64,000 nucleotides of DNA, from contig CAWJVO010000006.1 in NCBI GenBank assembly GCA_963846325.1, positions 34,514 to 98,513 on the forward strand, read 5' to 3'. This document shows, in pieces, positions 61,437 through 64,000 of this stretch. The stretch is from an uncultured bacterium (lineage in GTDB: Bacteria > Krumholzibacteriota > Krumholzibacteriia > Krumholzibacteriales > Krumholzibacteriaceae). How positions within the stretch are numbered: the first letter of the stretch is position 1; every line of letters starts with the position of its first letter. The position numbers were made by a program, and so were the translations under genes. Below the pieces are notes generated by a model. It did no database searches. It saw nothing but the letters and a program-made list of their open reading frames with translations, and was not told the DNA's origin.

Positions 61437-61531
61437 GTCAGAACCGGATTCATGATGAAACCCTACCGATACATTGAAGACCGTAAGGTGAGGAGGCATG
61501 CGCCCCCTGCTTGTCAAATCGATTGTCGATC

Positions 61532-63460
61532 CTAAAGATATGTCTTTTTGGCGATCTCGTCAATCAATTCGGCGATAAAATCGTCGATTTTTTTCGAGCC
61601 TATTCTCCCCTTCTTCTTGGATCTCAGATCGAGAACCCCCTCGGCGACCTCCCGATCGCCGGCGACCGCCATATACGGTATCTTGAGGAGCTCCGCCTCC
61701 CTGATCCGGTAGCCGATCTTCTCCTCCCGCAGATCGCCTTCCGCCCGTATTCCCGCGTCGACGAGTCGCTTGACCGCCGCCCGGACGAATTCGTGCTGGC
61801 CGGGCCCGATCGGAAGGACCCGCACCTGGATCGGCGCGAGCCAGAGAGGGAACTCTCCCGCGTAGTGCTCGGTGAGCGTGCCGATGAAGCGCTCGAGCGA
61901 TCCCAGCAGCGCCCGGTGTATCATGTAGACGTATGCACGCTGCCCTTCCGCGTTCACGTATTGGACGTCGAACCGCCGGGGCAGATTGAAATCGAACTGG
62001 ATCGTCGTCGCCTGCCAGCCCCGGCCGATCGCGTCGATGAGCTTGAGATCGATCTTCGGACCGTAGAACACGGCCTCCCCGATCATCTTGTGATAGGGAA
62101 TCCCGCGCTTTTCGATCGCGGCGAGGAGAGAGGCCTCCGCGCGCTCCCACTCGTCCTCGGTCCCCGCGTACTTCCCCATGTTCGAGGGATCGTGCATGCT
62201 CAGCTCGACGCGGTAGTTCTCGAATCCGAAGGAGGCGAGGAGCCGGTGCGCGAAATCGAAGCACCGGTCGACTTCGTCGGTGAGCTGATCGGGCGTGCAG
62301 AAGATGTGCGCGTCGTCCTGGGTGAATCCGCGGACGCGGAGAAGTCCGTGAAGCGTCCCCGAGCGCTCGTTCCGGTAGACGGTCCCCAGTTCCGCGTAGC
62401 GGATCGGGAGATCCCGGTAGCTGTGCAGCTTGGTTTTGTACACCAGAATGTGCCCCGGGCAATTCATCGGCTTGAGAACGAACTCCTGATCCTCCGAGGG
62501 AATGATGAACATGTTCTCCCGGTAATAGTCCAAATGACCCGAGGTCTTCCAGAGCGCGCTCTTCGCGATATGCGGGGTCATGATGAGCTGATATCCGTTC
62601 CTGCGGTGCTCGTCCTTCCAGTAGTTCTCGATCGTTTCGCGCAGTATGTATCCCTTCGGATACCAGAAGGCCAGTCCGCCTCCCGCCTCGTCCTTGATAT
62701 CGAACAGCTCGAGCGCGGGGCCGAGCTTCCGATGATCCCGCCGCTTCGCTTCCTCGCGCCTGACGAGCTCCTTCTCGAGGTCCTCCTTCTTGAAGAACGC
62801 GGTTCCGTAAATGCGCTGCATCATCGGATTCCGCTCGTCCCCCCGCCAGTAGGCTCCCGCGATCGAGGTGAGCTTGAACGCCTTGGCCATCTTGATGTCG
62901 GGAACGTGCGGGCCGGCGCAGAGATCGGTGAATCCTCCGAGGCGATAGACGGAAACCGTCGGAGAGGCGAGATCCCTGATGAGCTCCACCTTGAAGGGCT
63001 GACCGAGCCCTTCGAAGAGGCCGATCGCGTCGGCGCTCGCGAACTCCTCGCGCGAGAGCGACAGGGAGCCCCCCTTGAGCAGCTCCCGCATCTTCTCTTC
63101 GACGCGCTCGAGATCCTCGGGATTCAGCATGGAATCCATCAGAAAATCGTAATAGAAGCCGTCGTCGATCGACGGACCGATGCCGAACCGGACTCCCGGA
63201 AAGAGCTCCTGCACGGCGAGCGCCATGAGATGCGAAACGCTGTGCCGCAACACCTCGAGCGCCTCGGGATCCTGGACGGTCACGACGCCGATATCGGCGC
63301 CGTCGGGAACGTTCGCCCGCAGATCGAGGAGGCGATCCCCCGCCTTGAAAGCCACGGCGTTTCGCCGCACGCCCTCGGGCAATTCCTTCAGCACGTCGGC
63401 GAGCGCGGCGCCCGGCGCGATCGCGCGCCGCGAGCCGTCTCTCATGATGAGCTCCGCCAT
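61532..63460 (-). CDS. thrS: threonine--tRNA ligase
   Basis: TGS domain N-terminus (MAELIMRDGS...), editing-domain HxxxH (RHSVSHLMA), class II core (HRALLGSLERFIG), anticodon-binding C-terminus. The longer track ORF runs into tRNA-Val. Confidence 0.96.
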   Translation of the reverse strand: MAELIMRDGSRRAIAPGAALADVLKELPEGVRRNAVAFKAGDRLLDLRANVPDGADIGVVTVQDPEALEVLRHSVSHLMALAVQELFPGVRFGIGPSIDDGFYYDFLMDSMLNPEDLERVEEKMRELLKGGSLSLSREEFASADAIGLFEGLGQPFKVELIRDLASPTVSVYRLGGFTDLCAGPHVPDIKMAKAFKLTSIAGAYWRGDERNPMMQRIYGTAFFKKEDLEKELVRREEAKRRDHRKLGPALELFDIKDEAGGGLAFWYPKGYILRETIENYWKDEHRRNGYQLIMTPHIAKSALWKTSGHLDYYRENMFIIPSEDQEFVLKPMNCPGHILVYKTKLHSYRDLPIRYAELGTVYRNERSGTLHGLLRVRGFTQDDAHIFCTPDQLTDEVDRCFDFAHRLLASFGFENYRVELSMHDPSNMGKYAGTEDEWERAEASLLAAIEKRGIPYHKMIGEAVFYGPKIDLKLIDAIGRGWQATTIQFDFNLPRRFDVQYVNAEGQRAYVYMIHRALLGSLERFIGTLTEHYAGEFPLWLAPIQVRVLPIGPGQHEFVRAAVKRLVDAGIRAEGDLREEKIGYRIREAELLKIPYMAVAGDREVAEGVLDLRSKKKGRIGSKKIDDFIAELIDEIAKKTYL

Positions 63461-63487
63461 ATCGAATCGTCCCCGGTTATAAAAAAA

Positions 63488-63564
63488 TGGTGGGCGATAC
63501 TGGAATTGAACCAGTGACCCCCTGCATGTCAAGCAGGTACTCTAACCATCTGAGCTAATCGCCC
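63488..63564 (-). tRNA. tRNA-Val (anticodon GAC)
   Basis: The reverse complement folds: acceptor GGGCGAT/ATCGCCC, anticodon stem CCTGC/GCAGG with loop TTGACAT, T-loop TTCAATT, encoded CCA. It ends 27 nt upstream of the thrS ATG. Confidence 0.9.
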
Positions 63565-63681
63565 ATTCGTTCGTTTGCATTACAGTTTATAACACGAAGC
63601 CTGGCCGGGCAATGAAAATCTCGCTCCGGAGCGTCCGACGCCCCGGCGCTTCGGGTTCCATCAGCCTATCCCCCGCCCGGC

Positions 63682-64000
63682 CTACTTCTTTTTCTCGTCG
63701 TCGTCGAGAACCTCGTATTCGGCGTCGACGACCTTCCCGTCGCCGCTCTTCTCGCGAGGAGCCTCCTCGGCGCGCGGCTCCCCGCCAGGGGCGCCGGGTC
63801 CCGGCTGCGACGAGGCCTGGTACATCTTCTGGGCCGCGCGCTGCCAGATCTCGTTGTGCTTGTCGATGGCGCCGCGGATGCGTTCCTTTTCGTCCTGCTT
63901 CAGCGCCTCCTTGAGATCCTCGAGCGAGCGGCGCAGCTCCGCCTCGTCCTCCGACGACAGCTTGTCCTTGAACTCGACGAGCTGCTTCTCCGTCTGATAG
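63682..64000 (-). CDS. dnaK: molecular chaperone DnaK, C-terminal fragment (gene continues beyond the window)
   Basis: My own reverse-complement translation gives ...YQTEKQLVEFKDKLSSEDEAELRRSLEDLKEALK...HNEIWQRAAQKMYQ...GKVVDAEYEVLDDDEKKK*, the typical Hsp70 lid and acidic tail. It is not in the ORF track because it is open at the window edge. Confidence 0.88.
   Translation of the reverse strand, partial: YQTEKQLVEFKDKLSSEDEAELRRSLEDLKEALKQDEKERIRGAIDKHNEIWQRAAQKMYQASSQPGPGAPGGEPRAEEAPREKSGDGKVVDAEYEVLDDDEKKK

Noticed and set aside
63565-63681. Terminator or regulatory hairpins between dnaK and tRNA-Val (palindromes CGCTCCGGAGCG and GGCCGGGC...GCCCGGCC)
   Set aside because: The stems have loops that are too short or lack a clear U-tract, so I could not settle on one structure. 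It is probably the dnaK 3' end plus the tRNA promoter, but it is not supportable as a discrete feature.

Overview
GC-rich bacterial chromosome segment, probably from a diderm organism (LptE-like, LpxL-like acyltransferase and Wza-like export genes are present). It is mostly housekeeping, tightly packed, and many genes have overlapping stop/start codons. I support about 60 CDS and 6 tRNAs (Gly-CCC, Pro-GGG, Pro-CGG, Arg-CCT, Arg-CCG, Val-GAC).

Layout:
- 4-22398: every gene is on the + strand. These are mtaB, miaB, a SPOR protein, mutS, a multi-GAF protein, mutL, miaA, DUF512, der, plsY, gpsA, a MerR regulator, an acyltransferase, a GT2, surE, pcm, an M23 peptidase, a sigma factor and apt.
- 27765-64000: every gene is on the - strand. 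These are dnaK (3' end), tRNA-Val, thrS, infC, rpmI, rplT, pheST, zapBA, rny, ymdB, folD, xseAB, ispA, dxs, nadK, recN, tRNA-Arg, an M28 peptidase, a GGDEF protein, an EPS export/priming locus, a histidine kinase plus sigma54 activator, lptE, holA, trxA, a tusA-like gene and leuS.
- 22.4-27.8 kb: a small mixed-strand zone between the two blocks, with the only sizeable non-coding, lower-GC stretches.

Main hunt results:
1. A 28-bp dif-like Xer site at 27718-27745, exactly where gene polarity converges. This is a putative replication terminus.
2. An orphan ~190-nt rod-like structured RNA (22404-22593, - strand). It has a consensus TTGACA-N16-TATAAT promoter and ends at a bidirectional terminator.
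3. A second structured non-coding region between zapA and rny, in the position where ssrS (6S RNA) sits in E. coli.
4. Sigma54-type -24/-12 promoters upstream of the GAF-GGDEF gene and of the sugar-transferase/HK/sigma54-activator operon. These tie the EPS locus into one regulatory circuit.
5. Several degenerate or odd signalling proteins.

No CRISPR array, transposase, integrase or recognisable defence system was found. Many long ORFs in the supplied track are antisense or alternative-frame artefacts of the high GC content.
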